Translations under genes and position numbers: made by a program
The notes under the pieces: model-generated
Seen by the model: only the letters and a program-made list of their open reading frames with translations
What the model was told of the DNA's origin: nothing
Database searches by the model: none
DNA from: Oikopleura dioica
Lineage: Eukaryota > Animalia > Chordata
Length of the DNA stretch: 64,000 bases
Direction: 5' to 3'
Assembly (NCBI GenBank): GCA_907165135.1
Contig: OU015567.1
Coordinates: 496,001-560,000 of the forward strand
Part shown: positions 34,682 through 47,128 of the stretch, piece after piece
Numbering within the stretch: the first letter of the stretch is position 1
Layout: each line of letters opens with the position of its first letter

Positions 34682-35191
34682 TACTGAAAATGGCACGAAT
34701 GGCACGAATGGCACGAATGGCACGAACTCACTGAAAATGGCACGAAAACAGAGACACATTTTTTGCGAATTAACCTTGAGGAATATTATGAATTGAACTG
34801 GGAAATTAACGGATTTTGTTGAAACGATAGTTATTTAACAACTTGAAAAGTTCATTAATCATGATCTAAAACAAATAAAAATATAAGAAACTTTTTAAAT
34901 TGACCGCAAATTCAGGCCCAAAAGATACTTTTTGAGTGAAATTCCTCAATTTTGTCATTGTCATTGATAAAAATCGAAATAATAGTGATTTTAGCATAAA
35001 TTATCAATTTTTCATTGAATCTTCAAGTAATAAACGGCCGCTCCGCGGGTTTAATGGTAGGAAACTCAAGGGTGGAAAAACAATAACAAAATAGTTTCTA
35101 GAATTTTACTGAAAATGGCACGATGAAAAGACATGTTTTCGTGCCATTCGTGCCTTTCGTGCCATTCGTGCCATTCGTGCCATTTTCAGTA
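34682..35191. mobile_element. TA-flanked MITE with (ATGGCACGA)n subterminal repeats
   Basis: TACTGAAAATGGCACGAATGGCACGA ... TCGTGCCATTCGTGCCATTTTCAGTA. Confidence 0.75.
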
Positions 35192-35627
35192 CTGTCGAAA
35201 GGATCCCCCAGGTAAGGGGTGGTTTGAATTGATAATTTTCTGTTGGAAACAACAGCGGCAAAAAGTGAGAAAAGCAGCTTGGAAGACCCCAAAGATTGAC
35301 CGCTTTTAAGATTTGTTGCTCTTCGGGATTCTATCCCGAAGATTGACCGTATTTCAAAAAGGTTATAAGAAATCTGCCACGTTTTGGCCTTGATAACGCT
35401 GAAACCATGGTAAGGTTCATGGTAAGGGAGCAGAATTGCGTACCTTAAGGCAATTTGGGGTTTCCAGCTAGACATGGTTTCAAGTACTTCGTCACGTCCC
35501 GAATAATATTCTCGCAAATATGGAACGTGCCACCATATCTGGAAGCTCGGCTTGTTGGGACATAATACCGCAGCAGCAATCGACAAAATAGTACTGCGAA
35601 TTCTGATGAAATAATTGATTGCGGAGC

Positions 35628-36012
35628 TAGGGTCGACCACCCATTTACAATGTCGGGTCGGGTCGGGCTACTTTGAAATGGCCAAAAACATGGTCGGGTC
35701 GGGTCGGGTCGGGTCGGGTTTTTTGTCGTGTCGGTGGTCGGTTTTTTTAAACACATGAGAATGATGGAAAAGCTTCGAAATCGAATGATTGGGGGTATAA
35801 AACTTTCGATTTTATGAATATTCTAGATTTTAAATGATTTTGTCGCTAGTGACACTGAAATAAGAAAAACTTGTCGAATAACAGAAGTGAATTTATATCG
35901 GAAAATATGCCCGAGAATGAGCGAAAACCGACCACTGACCCGACAAAAACACGACCATTGCCCGACCAACACCCGACAATGTAGATTTGGTCGAGTGTCG
36001 GCGCCGACACTA
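35628..36012. mobile_element. Degenerate MITE with (GGGTC)n / CCGAC subterminal repeats
   Basis: tagggtcg..(gtcgg)n on the left, (ccgac)n..cgacacta on the right; TSD unclear. Confidence 0.5.
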
Positions 36013-36031
36013 GTGCGGCAAAATTTCTTAA

Positions 36032-36717
36032 GGGATCCCCTCCCGATTTGAAAAATGTCATCGAGAGCTTTTTTGTGGTACATTTTTAAAATCTCCATCG
36101 TCTGAGGATCATTTTCATATATTATGTCAAGGGGCGTACTTCACGGGATTAGCCGTGACAAAGGTTTGAAAATGGCTTATTTTGATAAAAAAATTACTTA
36201 GAAAAAATTCTCAAAATTTTTGACTTTTCAAAGTCGACGAAATCAAATAAATGAGGGCTTTTTAGAAAGCTCCAACTTAGCTGAATCAGAAAAAAATAGT
36301 GATCATAAAATATTATGCCACTAAGAGGCGCTAGAGAGCATAGAAAGTCCTGAAAATGACAAAAGTCAGGCGAAAAAGTTTTTGTTAAGACAAAATCTAC
36401 AATCCTTGACTAAATCAGATGCCTGTACTAGAGATCATAGAATAGGGATCAAGGAAGGTTTGGAGAATAAAAAAAGGGGAATATATAAGAAGGAAAAAAA
36501 GTAGTTCGACTTTGAAAATGGCCTAAAACTGGGTTTTTGGCGACTATCAATGTCTTTAGAGCTATTTTTAGAGATGATTCCCCTTATCAAATTTAATTTC
36601 CATACTAGACATTGCTCATTTAGAAATGAGCTTTAAAATAAGCCCCTAACCTTTAAGATAGCTAAGCCCAAAAAAAAGTAGTTCGACCTCAAAGTTGGCC
36701 AAATGGGGGGGGATCCC
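36032..36717. mobile_element. Kolobok-like MITE
   Basis: TTAA|GGGATCCCC ... GGGGATCCC|TTAA. Confidence 0.8.
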
Positions 36718-36721
36718 TTAA

Positions 36722-37305
36722 GGGGGGAGTCGTCAATATGGAAAATTTTCAATTTTGAAAATTGACCTGCTAAAAATCGACTTAAATTTTTAAAATGAGT
36801 GCGCGGCGGGACTTTGTAAGCAGCTGATTTCGGCCAAAAATAATCAAAATATCTGTTTTTATCGTAAGACATCATTTTTAAATGGTTTTTGAATCATTAT
36901 TTATTAAAAATACCGAGTCTATGCGATTCTTGAAAAAAATCAGGCGAAAAAGTGTAAAAATATGGAATTTTTTGAAAATCGGATATTTTTAATCAATAAG
37001 AAAAAATTTTTTAAGGGAGTTACACTTTAATTTTTGATCGCCAGTCGATTTTGAAGGGTCCAATCTATTAGTAAAAAAAATCTGATTATCGAAAAAAATT
37101 AAGGGTTCCGAGATTTTTTGGTCAAGAGACGACCCCACTTTAACCCTTATTTTTGAAAAATTTTTCAAAAATTTTTTTTTTCTACTTGTCGCCGGTCGAA
37201 ACTTTCAACCCTTTTCTCTTCACTCCAAAGTTCTTTTTGATTCAATCAAATCTGGTTTTCTCGCTTTTTTGGTCAAAAGAAGTCCCAATATTGACGACCC
37301 CCCTC
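36722..37305. mobile_element. Kolobok-like MITE abutting the previous one (shared TTAA 36718-36721)
   Basis: TTAA|GGGGGGAGTCGTCAATAT ... ATATTGACGACCCCCCTC|TTAA. Confidence 0.8.
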
Positions 37306-37329
37306 TTAAGATAAAAAAAATTGGAAAAA

Positions 37330-37609
37330 AAATCATGAAAACAGAAATTAAAGCGTGTCGTACTTTCCAAGATTCATGCCTCTCTTTGAAATTGAACCTG
37401 TCAGATGATATTCACCAGGCTGATTGATTTTTTGTCTGATAAAATCAAATTTTGACTTGTGTTCTTTTTCAAATCGCACTTGGTCGAAGAATTGATTGTT
37501 GCTTTCGTCTTCTTTTTTACTGTCGAGAAGATCGGGCGTTTTGAAGATCAACAAGGAGGGCTGCGATTGGATGCTACTAGATGCGCGGGAAGATTATCGA
37601 GAAGAAGAA
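37330..37609 (-). pseudogene. Duplicated exon fragment of the 47.1-49.1 kb gene
   Basis: Close copy of 47361-47620 (KTPDLLDSK..HLTGSISKRGMNLGKYDTL). Confidence 0.85.
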
Positions 37610-37611
37610 CC

Positions 37612-38027
37612 GATTTGAACATGTACCACAAAGATGTTCAAAAGTTCCTCAACGATATTCTCGATTTCTGGCTGGACGAAGGAGTCGATGGCTTTAGAAT
37701 TGATGCGATCGGTTATGCCTTTGAGGAGGAAGACTTTAGGAATGAAATGTACATTGACGAAACGGAGCCGGAGCCACTACTCGACTCGCCTCTAGAATCG
37801 ACGGAATGAGCGAAAACGAGAAAAAGCAGATTTCTAAGCTCTTTGCCCGGCTGACCTTTACTCTACCAGGTAAAAATTTATAAGAAAAAAATATAGACAT
37901 CAGTTTTAGGAACGAACTTTATTTACAAATTGTAATGGAGAAGAACTGGGAATGGTAGATTTGACAAAACAAGAACTACCAGATGAGTTCAAAGTCGATA
38001 CTCAACAGGATTCTCGGGATTATGAGC
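37612..38027 (+). pseudogene. Internally deleted SLC3A1 fragment that predates the hAT insertion
   Basis: DLNMYHKDVQKFLNDILDFWLDEG is uninterrupted; jumps from ~29186 to ~29559; retains an intron and has frameshifts. Confidence 0.9.
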
Positions 38028-38804
38028 ATGTAGAGGTTTACTCTCTATATAATAAACTATCAAACTTTCATAATATTGTTATTTATTTGGTCAGTGGCTA
38101 ATTTGAAAAATTGCTGCTCAAGTGCTCTTGAGAAGCGCCGCGCCCAGCTCGGGCGACTTCCTTCAAGTGCCAACTTGATTCATCGGAAAAAAAACAGTAA
38201 ATCCCTATACTATCTCCCTCCTTCGTCAGAAAAAGAGCAGATATGGGAGGAAGTGTTGTAGGATAAGGCCAGAGCGGTTTTGAACAGGCGAAAATCGAAA
38301 CAGAAACAAATGTATTAGGAGCTGGTTGAACCCGAGCAATTGGCTCTAGACGCCAGGTCAATCAAAGTCAGGCCGAATTCGAGATAGAGCAACGCAGTAA
38401 GTATCCAGTTGGGTTGGATTTGGTCGCAGCGAAGATCAAGTCAGGGATTGCCCTGATGCAGAAGACGAGGAGTACTTGCTCTATGAATCATAGACTATGA
38501 TAGTGATGTTTTTTTGCGGTCTTATCGAGAGGAAATTGAATCCTATCTCAAGTCAGACACTTTTTCTTACGACACTCATTAATGGAGTCTATTATTAGGG
38601 GAGGTGTCTGGGACCGACAAAAAAATCCCGACAAAAATTTTCAATTTTTTCATGTAAATTTCAATCACCCACCATTATCTGCTGCGCTAACGAAAATTTC
38701 TCAAAACTGCCTAGAAATGTCCATTGTGGCCTAAAAAGGCCATTTCTGCATAGTTTTAAGAAAAAAGATTTCTCAAAAAATTTTAAGAGTTTATCTCTTT
38801 TATT

Positions 38805-38838
38805 GCAGAAGCTTTTCGCCTTTCGGCATCATCAGTGC
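38805..38838 (-). ncRNA. Minimal type I hammerhead ribozyme in the PLE 3' pLTR
   Basis: GCA-CUGAUGA-U-GCC-GAAA-GGC-GAAA-AGCU-UC-UGC: intact core and palindromic stem III. Confidence 0.88.
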
Positions 38839-39047
38839 TACAGGAAGTTAGAAACATACAGAAAACAAAAAAGCAGTTACCTTTAGAGACGCAAAGTTGT
38901 ATCTGACAAAACCACGAAAACAAACACCGAAATCCCTTCTATTCTAGAGAATTTTTTCCTTTAAAAAACAAAAACAAGCGCAAAGATATTGACAATGAGA
39001 CAGGGGCAACCATTGAGGCCCTTAAAAGCCCCTGTCTCGATCAAAAC

Positions 39048-41513
39048 TTACGCAAAATTTATAATTTCATGATGTACTTGGATGTTTAAATCCGGTTTTT
39101 TGAGAACGATATGTATCGCCTCTAGTTTTTTTCGCTCTCGGAGAGCTAAATTTTGTTCAAGAATTTTAAACCTAGTTTGGAAAAAACTTTTGGGGTCAAG
39201 TCCCGATTCATTCATTTCCTTCTGGTACTTCTCGCATTCGGTTATATGCAAGTACGGTTTACCCTGATGTGAAGGTGTAAAATGCTGATTTATTCGAGCT
39301 CTGACATTAATCGTTTCGCCGATATACCTCGATGGGCAAACACAAGAAAACTCATAAATAGCATTTACTGCATTTAAAGGATCCTTTTTACTATAAAGTT
39401 TCGAAATAATAGTATTCCTAATATTCATTGTCTTGTGAGAGATTCGCAAATTGAACTCAGGTGTTACTGTTTTGACAAGTTTTTTTAAGTCGCTTGCGAC
39501 TTTTGAAACTCTTTCGCTTGTATAAGGAATCGGTAAACAATGGTTGCGATCTGGATTTTCAATGATTTTTTCTGCCCAATTTATTTTATTATCCGAAATT
39601 TTATTTGCCTGTGCATGCTCTTTAGCTGCTGTTATGATTTTTGGTGAGTATCCTAAAGTCTCAAATTTTTGGGAAAGATTATCATAAGCTTTGTTAAGTT
39701 GTTCTCTCTCCGAATTTCTTATTTTTGCTCTTATAAACTCTGATTTAAGAATGCCAATTTTCATGTTTTTTGGTGCGACGGCTCTTTTTGAATCCATTGT
39801 AATTGATTCTTTTGGAGCACTTTTTATTTCAAAATTTTTACTTATTTCACTCTCATAGATGCAAAAATCGAGGAATTTTAATTCTTTATTTTGAGGCAGA
39901 TCAAGCTAATAAACAATAGAAGGATGGAAATTTTCAAATCGCTGTGTGATTTTTTCTCGAGATCCTTTCGGCGCAAAAATGAGACAATCATCACAGTATC
40001 TAAAATAACTTAAAATTAGCCCTTCGGACTTCATTTTATTGATCTCTTTATTTTCAATACGGTGCAAAAAATAATTTGCGAGTACTGGACTAGTAACATC
40101 ACCCATTGAAAGGCCAGTGCGCTGTCTAAAGAAATTACCATTAACCTCTACTTCAGTAAAATGAGTGAGTGTTTGTGTAAGAATATTTTTGAGTAAATTT
40201 TTGGGAATAAGCGGAAGAAGTTTACCGTCTTCTCGATATCTCGGGAGCATTTTGACTGCACGATTTCGTACATAAATTTCTTCAATACAAAATTCAATGA
40301 GTGTTTTTGTACATACAGACGGAAAAAGTTTTTTTACATCTAAAGAGAAAACTTCTATCTTATCTACTGGTAATTTTGCAGTTTTAAACCGATTCGCGAA
40401 TTCGAGACTTGATTGAATGCCAAATCCTAGTGGAAATTTCTCGAAAATAGGCATAAAAAATTTTTTTGATAAATTTGTGCCAATGGTGCTCATTTGATTA
40501 ACGATCGGTCGGATAGGAAAATCTTCTGAAAAATTTGGCTTGTGCGTTTTGAAAAGCGCGTATGATGTCTTTAATTGTGCTTGAGGTTGCATTTGTAGTC
40601 TAAAATTGTGTTTATTTACATATTTATCGACTGTTCGGAGCATCGCTCGAAAGTCGGTTAAATCTTTATCCAGTGGGTTAGAATTCAATTTAAGAAAATT
40701 ATCTCCAGAAAACTCTTGTAGCAAGAGATTAAAATATTTTGATTTCTCGAAAATAATAATTTTGTTTTCTTTATCGGCAAGGCAAATTAAAATTTCAGGA
40801 TTTTTGGATTGAAACTCACGAATAATTTTTGCAGAGTTATCATTAGAAAAACATTTTGTAAGCGATTCATGAATTCTTATTGCGTGTCCTTTAAGATGAA
40901 AGCGAGTGATTGGATTAACGCCCGTTTCTTCTAAATGTTTGTTCCATTTGGTAAGGAATGAATCAAAACTACCCATTAATTTGATACTATGCGGTGAACC
41001 ACCCAACGGAAACTTAGTACCTCTTGATAAAATTGATAGAACAGATTCTGGTGGTTTGATCTTGGTAAAGTTCAAAACGGTAAATTTAAAAGGTTCTGAT
41101 TTAGAAAATTTAAAAAGTTTAGTAAGTTTTGCAGATCTAGTATTGTCACGGGAACGTTCAAGATTATTTACATGAGAAATAATAGAGTTTTTAAGGTGAG
41201 AAATAACAGATGGAGAAAAATTGTTTCTAGAACATGCTTGCGCAAATTGTTTTTGAAACTTTGTATTTACTATAAGTAAATTATCTTCGGCTGACCTGAT
41301 TTTTTCGTACAGGATTCGTCGTCGTTCTTTCAATATTTTTGGCTTGTTCCATTTTGTATACTGTAGAACGGAAGAGGGAATGTAGGTGCATCGTGGTAGC
41401 AGGTTATTTTCTTTGCATTCATTTAAGAACTGCAAATGTTTCTGGTTACGGTGAACTTTCGTCCAGCGCTGTTCCATAAACTTCTTTGTTCGTCGATCAA
41501 ATTTTTTGTTCAT
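39048..41513 (-). pseudogene. PLE reverse transcriptase / GIY-YIG endonuclease (~820 aa) with one in-frame TAG at 39906-39908
   Basis: LFKTHK..PIRPIV, SLDVKKLFPSV, QRTGLSMG, YFRYCDD, AIYEFSCVC..YIGET..H..H; the 535-aa and 249-aa ORFs are in the same frame. Confidence 0.93.
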
Positions 41514-41801
41514 ATCGTAAAGTTGACGAGTATTTAATACATTATCTCTTTTATTGCAGAAGCTTTTCGCTTTTTTCCTTTAAAAAACAAAAACAAGCGC
41601 AAAGATATTGACAATGAGACAGGGGCAACCATTGAGGCCCTTGATTGTCAATATCTTTGCGCTTGTTTTTGTTTTTTAAAGGAAAAAATTCTCTAGAACA
41701 GAAGGGATTTCGGTGTTTGTTTTCGTGGTTTTGTCAGATACAACTTTGCGTCTCTAAAGGTAACTGCTTTTTTGTTTTCTGTATGTTTCTAACTTCCTGT
41801 A

Positions 41802-41835
41802 GCACTGATGATGCCGAAAGGCAAAAAGCTTCTGC
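41802..41835 (+). ncRNA. Hammerhead copy in the inverted pLTR with a core G-to-A change (GAAA to AAAA at 41823)
   Basis: gcactgatgatgccgaaaggcaaaaagcttctgc. Confidence 0.75.
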
Positions 41836-42089
41836 AATAAAAGAGATAATGTATTAAATACTCGTCAACTTTACTATAATTTTAAGAGTATTTTTTCTGA
41901 AGTGTCTTTTTTTGAAAATTTTTGTCGGAATTTTTTTGTCGATTCCAGACGCCACCCCTATTATTATCGCCATTTCTGTGTGATTTCAGATCGATTGATT
42001 TCAAAATTTTCTTGGTTCTGATGACATGTTTTTGGTGGCATGTTAGCCTTGCGTGCCAAAGCAATTAGTAAAGAAGCCTTAGTAAAGAA

Positions 42090-43177
42090 ATACGGTATAA
42101 GCAGTAATAATGGTATCAGAGAAGACGCTGAAATCGCGGGTGGCCAGCGCTTTGATCTTTTTACGACTGGGTGACAACTGGAGCAGCGTTCTGGCTGTAG
42201 GAGGTCTCGCCAAAATCGACCCATTTCAAGCCCTAAATTGAGATTTAAAGTTGAATTCATAAATTAATCATCACCTCATATGAGTACACAGTGGTTGTGC
42301 AAGCTGTGTTGTCGACAACAGTGACTTCGAACCAGTCTGGGTACCATCCATCATTGTCTTTCTCCCAGACTCTGATATCGCCAAGGTTCTCGAGGCAGCT
42401 TGCAGGCAGGGATGTACATTTTCAAAAATTTTCGACTGCGGTGCGAACTGCGAGATTCAAAATTTTCTCTTCGCAGTGCGCCGCAGACTGCGATTTTCTG
42501 CGAACTGCGGAAAATTAGCAGAAACTGCTAATCTTCGAATCTAACAAGGTGGAAAAAATCGAGTTGGGCCGTTTCAGCCCCGTTCCTTGATTTGTTAATT
42601 TAAGGGGCTTGACATTGGCTAGGAACTCCAAGGTGATCAATCTCAGTACTGTCCCCAGCCCCACCCTCATCCATTGTTGTAAAAATTCAAATTATCAAAG
42701 ATTTTTACTCTATTCTGGTTTTTATTTAAAATTTTGAAATTACTCTAGGTTCACTAGCAGCTCATGTACATGTGAGCATGAGCTGTTCATTAGCAACCCA
42801 GTCGCCGTTCGCTAAACTTGGGAAAAACGGAGACCATTCTTACGACGCCTTATTATTCATGTTTTTCCAGTATTTCAAAAGAGAAAAGCTTGAAAAATGG
42901 CTTGAAAATGACCGCAGAATCCGCAGTCTGCGAACTGCGGGATTAGTCAAAAACTACGGAAAATGACTGTGGAAAACTCGCAGTTTTCAAAAATTCTCAA
43001 GAAACTGCGGACTGCGAGAACAGAAGAAACATCGAGTACGAAAATATCGATTTGTCCAGGCTCTTGGTCGTCTTTGTTAGGGTCATCAAGGTTGAACCAT
43101 GTGTCGCAGCCGGCCTTTGGAATTCTTAAAAATAAAAATAGTATTTATCATATTTATGGGAAAATCAGCTTACTGAA
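42090..43177 (-). pseudogene. Third, partial copy of the PLAT-protein gene (last exons only), split by an insertion
   Basis: Near-identical to 30793-31266. Confidence 0.88.
42407..43016. mobile_element. hAT-like element (CAGGGATG left end, CTGCG/CGCAG subterminal repeats) containing one copy of the array unit
   Basis: Absent from the paralog near 31106; right TIR not seen; 42566-42688 resembles 28075-28198. Confidence 0.65.
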
Positions 43178-44171
43178 AGAGTCCCCTGAAAAGAGTCCCG
43201 AAGAAGATACGATTCCAAAATCGGAGGCTCCGAAAAGCCCAATTATGGAGCAGCTTGATGGAAAAATGGACGACCTTGCAAAACTTCTCAAAACGCTCGA
43301 TTTTTTAAATTATTGAAAAGTAACTGTACAAAAATTTAGAGTAATAAAATATATATAAAAAAATAAATATAAATTAATAAAGCAGCGAAGATATCAATTC
43401 GCAGTACTATTTTGACGATTTCTACTGCGGCATTATGTCCCAACAAGCCGGGCTTCGAGGTATCGTGGCGCGTTCAATATTTGCGAGAATATTATTCGGG
43501 ACGTGACGGAGTACTTGGAAACACGTCAAGTTGCAAGCTTTATATTGCCCCAAGGTATGCAATTCTGCTCCCATACCCTAAACTCCAGACAGGCGGTGTT
43601 GCCGCTTCAGCGTTATCTATGCTAATGTTCTGTTATTTTGACCTAGTGCCCCCTAACCCTTATTTCAAATAATAGAAAGTACCGAAGAGTAGTATAAGTT
43701 TCTATCTTGAAAAAATTTTTTGACAGAAATAAAACGGATCTCTTAATAAAATCATAAAATCTCATTAAAATCTTTACTCATTGTTTTGATAATGGAGAGC
43801 ACCTCTGAAAGCTAAACACTGGCAATTAGCTTCCACATATCATCAAATTTTATTTATTTTAAGAAATGAGGAAAATTAGGTCAAAAATAATTCGTTGAAC
43901 TTAGATTTTTCGTGTCACGAGGAACAAAAAAGGTCCCTAGAATTTTCGCCTTCAGTTAAAACCCTGATAGACGATTGTCAATTGGCAATAGAGTTTCGAA
44001 ATTCGAAATTACGAAATCGAGAAGCAAAACAATTTCGTAAAAACACGCACGGCTTCTCGAAATGGCGCACTAGAGCGCACCACACGGTTGATTTCTTCAA
44101 CTTTATAAAGTGGCCTGTTACTCGTAAAATTCATCTTTTGTCAGAGAAAGCTTTTCTTACTCGAAAGTAAG

Positions 44172-46508
44172 ATGAAGGTAAGATTTTGTTTTTCAAAACC
44201 CTCTTTTTAATTTGAAAAAGAAATCGAGTTTTGAATCGTCTTTAACAAAATTTTTGAGGGCAAAAATTGATTTTTTTCTTTTCTTCTATCATCAAATTTT
44301 TGGAATTTAATTAAGGTTCTCGCGGCGGTCATTTCTGCAGCTGCTACTGCTCAATCTTTGGAGGACCGAGGCTCGGCCACTGCTTGGACCTCGATCGAGG
44401 CTTCCTACAACAGTCTCTACGACGCAATTTTGGCTGAATACTCGACAACCAACATCCCCGGTGTCAAGAAGGCCAATCGACTTCGAGACTTTCTCAACAA
44501 AGTGGACAATTTTCCGACCCGAGTTTCCGACTCCTGCGCCAATTTTGCTGGTTCCGGCGATCCAAACGCTTTCGTCTTCCCAAACTACGACGAGAATGAC
44601 ATCTGCCACTCGCTCAACAATCTCATCTCTTCTGTCATGAGCTTTCACGATGCATTCGTGTGCATGGACGGTGTCAACCTCACCACGCACAACGGATGGG
44701 CTCCCCACAAGATGAGGAGACTCATTCACCGCCAGCGCCACATTCTCTTCAATCGAAAATTTAAGCAGCTCAAATGCAATCTTCCGCTGGCGCCGACCCC
44801 TGCTCCCTGCGAATCCGATCCCTGCGACGGACTTGAAAGCTGCGAAACAATCGTCAATGGATGCTCGCTCTTCCCAGTCCGAAACAATCTGGTCTCCACA
44901 GTTCAAACAGCTCTCGACTACAAGTTCTCTGCCGAAGTACTTTGCAACAGCGTACCTGATGGAAACTGGCAGAATATTTTCCATGTCTCGAGAAACGGTG
45001 GAGACGTCGCGAGCGTTGGCGATCGAACCTTTGGTCTTTTCCAAAAGCCGGATGGACACCTTCATCTCACTGTCAATGACCCGACCCTCAGTCAGTATCA
45101 AAGATATGACGAATTTCCTTGCACATCCGGCGAGTGGGCGACTTACTCTGTCGAAGTTAGACAGATTTCAGGAAGTGGAAATGTCGAGTACGTGTCGAAA
45201 ATTGGGGACACGCCACTTCATACATCGCAGTACAGTGCAGGCGCACTTCCAGCTGGCTTGGATCTCCAGGTCCACATTGCCGACGACCACTACGACGCTG
45301 CAACCAGCTACAGCGTCCGCAATTTCTACTACCAAACCTTCCATCCCTGCCCTTCAAGAACTGATCCCTGCTTAGATCTCGACAGCTGCAGCACGGTCGT
45401 AGATAGCTGCGAGTTCAACCCTGTTGTTGGCAGTCAGAAAACGGTTTTAAGTGCGGCGCGTAATTACAAGGTTTCCGCCGACATTCTTTGCCCAGACATA
45501 AACGAATGGAAATACAATATTCATCTTTCGGGGAATGACGACCCATATGCCACACCGACAAACGCCGGAGACCGACAATTTTCAGTCATCACATCTCCTG
45601 ATTCAGGATCGATGGAGATCAGTCTGACCGACCCAAGCGCATGGGATAAGAGGCAATCATTCATGCAACCATGCACGATTGGTGAGTGGAATACGTACTC
45701 TCTTGAAGTCAACCAAGTTGACGAAGATCCATCCACATTGCGGTGGGTATTTAACTTTGACGGCACACAGGCTAGGTTTTGCGAAAAAATTTTGCAAAGA
45801 CAATACCAATACTTTTGAGTTACAACTGAGCAAGGAATAAAGGCTTGCTTACCGAGCCCTGCTTGAATAATCGTTCGAAAACCAAGATTTAGGCTGCTCA
45901 AGGGACTTACGATCTCAGTGGAGCATATTCAAGCGGCGATCTGAACGCTTTTGTGTTTGATCTGATACCGAACTCTGTCCGAAACTTCTCCTACCAAACA
46001 TTTGATGATATTTGTCTCTTGAAAAACGAGCAAGTTTTCACTATCAGAGCCAGAACATCATCAAGTGTGTCCCATGCACAGACGGACGGAACAGTCAACT
46101 TCCAGTAAGTTGATTTTCACAAAAATAAGATACATAAATTATTATTTTTAAGAATTCCAAAGGCCGGCTGCGACACTTGGTTCAACCTTGATGACCCTAA
46201 CCAACCAGACGATCGAGAGCCCGGACAAATCGATACTTACGTTATCGATGTTTCTTCTCTTCCTGCAAGCTGCCTCGAGAACCTTGGCGATATTAGAATC
46301 TGGGAGGAAGACGATGATGGATGGTACCCTGACTGGTTCGAAGTCACTGTTGTCGACAAAACAGCTTGCACAACCACAGTGTACTCATATGAGGTAACAA
46401 TTATTTGAGTGAATTTAATTATTAATTCCAATTAAGGGCTTGCAATGGGTCGATTTTGGCGAGACCTCTTACAGCCAGAACGCTGCTCCAGTCGTCACCC
46501 AGTCGTAA
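44172..46508 (+). CDS. Secreted lectin-like/PLAT protein (copy 2, inverted duplicate)
   Basis: Near-identical to copy 1 with an intact frame; includes GC-AG intron 45771-45892. Confidence 0.82.
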
Positions 46509-47128
46509 ACAGACCAAAGCGCTCAGCCACTGGCCAACAGCAATCTCAGCGTATCGATATTAATTTCTGATACCATCACTTATGCTTATACGTTTTTCTT
46601 CTCTTCGGATTTCTGCGACTTGACGTTCTTAGAATCTCCAAGAAAAACTAAGTTCAGAAAAATAGCTACTTCTTCTTATCATCGAATTTTGTAGGGCTTT
46701 AAGGTCATGTACTTTTCTTTCTCGAAATCTTCCAAATAAATGTAGTAGTAGAGAATCTTCGATATCCTTTGATACGATGAAAGTGTTCGGTTTTCAAATT
46801 TATTCAAAATGCGATTCAAAATCAAAAAGTCGTCGATCTTTAGTCGCAGAAGTGAGAATCAAATTGTTTCGTTTTCGCACAGCTCGGCGTTGGACGCAAA
46901 TTGCTACTCGTGCTCATTTTGATAAGTTTCACAATTGATTTCCTATTCAATCGGTGAGTCTTTGAATGAAAATAAATGATAAGATTCCTTGCAAAAATAT
47001 TTAATTCGCTCTGTGATGGAGTCTGTCTTTCATTCGAAATAGAACATTTTCTGATTTTTATTCCGATAGAGAGATAAAATAGTTTCTCTGCTTTATTAAT
47101 TTATTTGTACAGTTGCTTTTCAATAATT

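Larger units (their letters stand above)
38791..41877 (-). mobile_element. Penelope-like retroelement with a 3' pLTR, a deleted 5' pLTR and an inverted 5' pLTR
   Basis: RT plus GIY-YIG ORF; pLTR copies at ~38791-39025, 41542-41642 (internal deletion) and 41645-41877 (inverted); 12-bp TSD AATTTTAAGAGT (38779-38790, 41878-41889). Confidence 0.92.
38598..41958. mobile_element. MITE family A copy hosting the Penelope-like element
   Basis: TIR ggggaggtgtctgggaccgac / gtcgattccagacgccacccc; TSD TATTATTA (38590-38597, 41959-41966). Confidence 0.85.

Noticed and set aside
39906-39908. Stop-codon readthrough between RT and GIY-YIG
   Set aside because: The TAG lies within the RT core before the LDF motif, and PLEs encode a single ORF, so a nonsense mutation is more likely.
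41565-41575. 5' pLTR deletion as a spliced-out intron
   Set aside because: The deleted segment begins with TT and does not match the 43-nt GT-AG intron boundaries.
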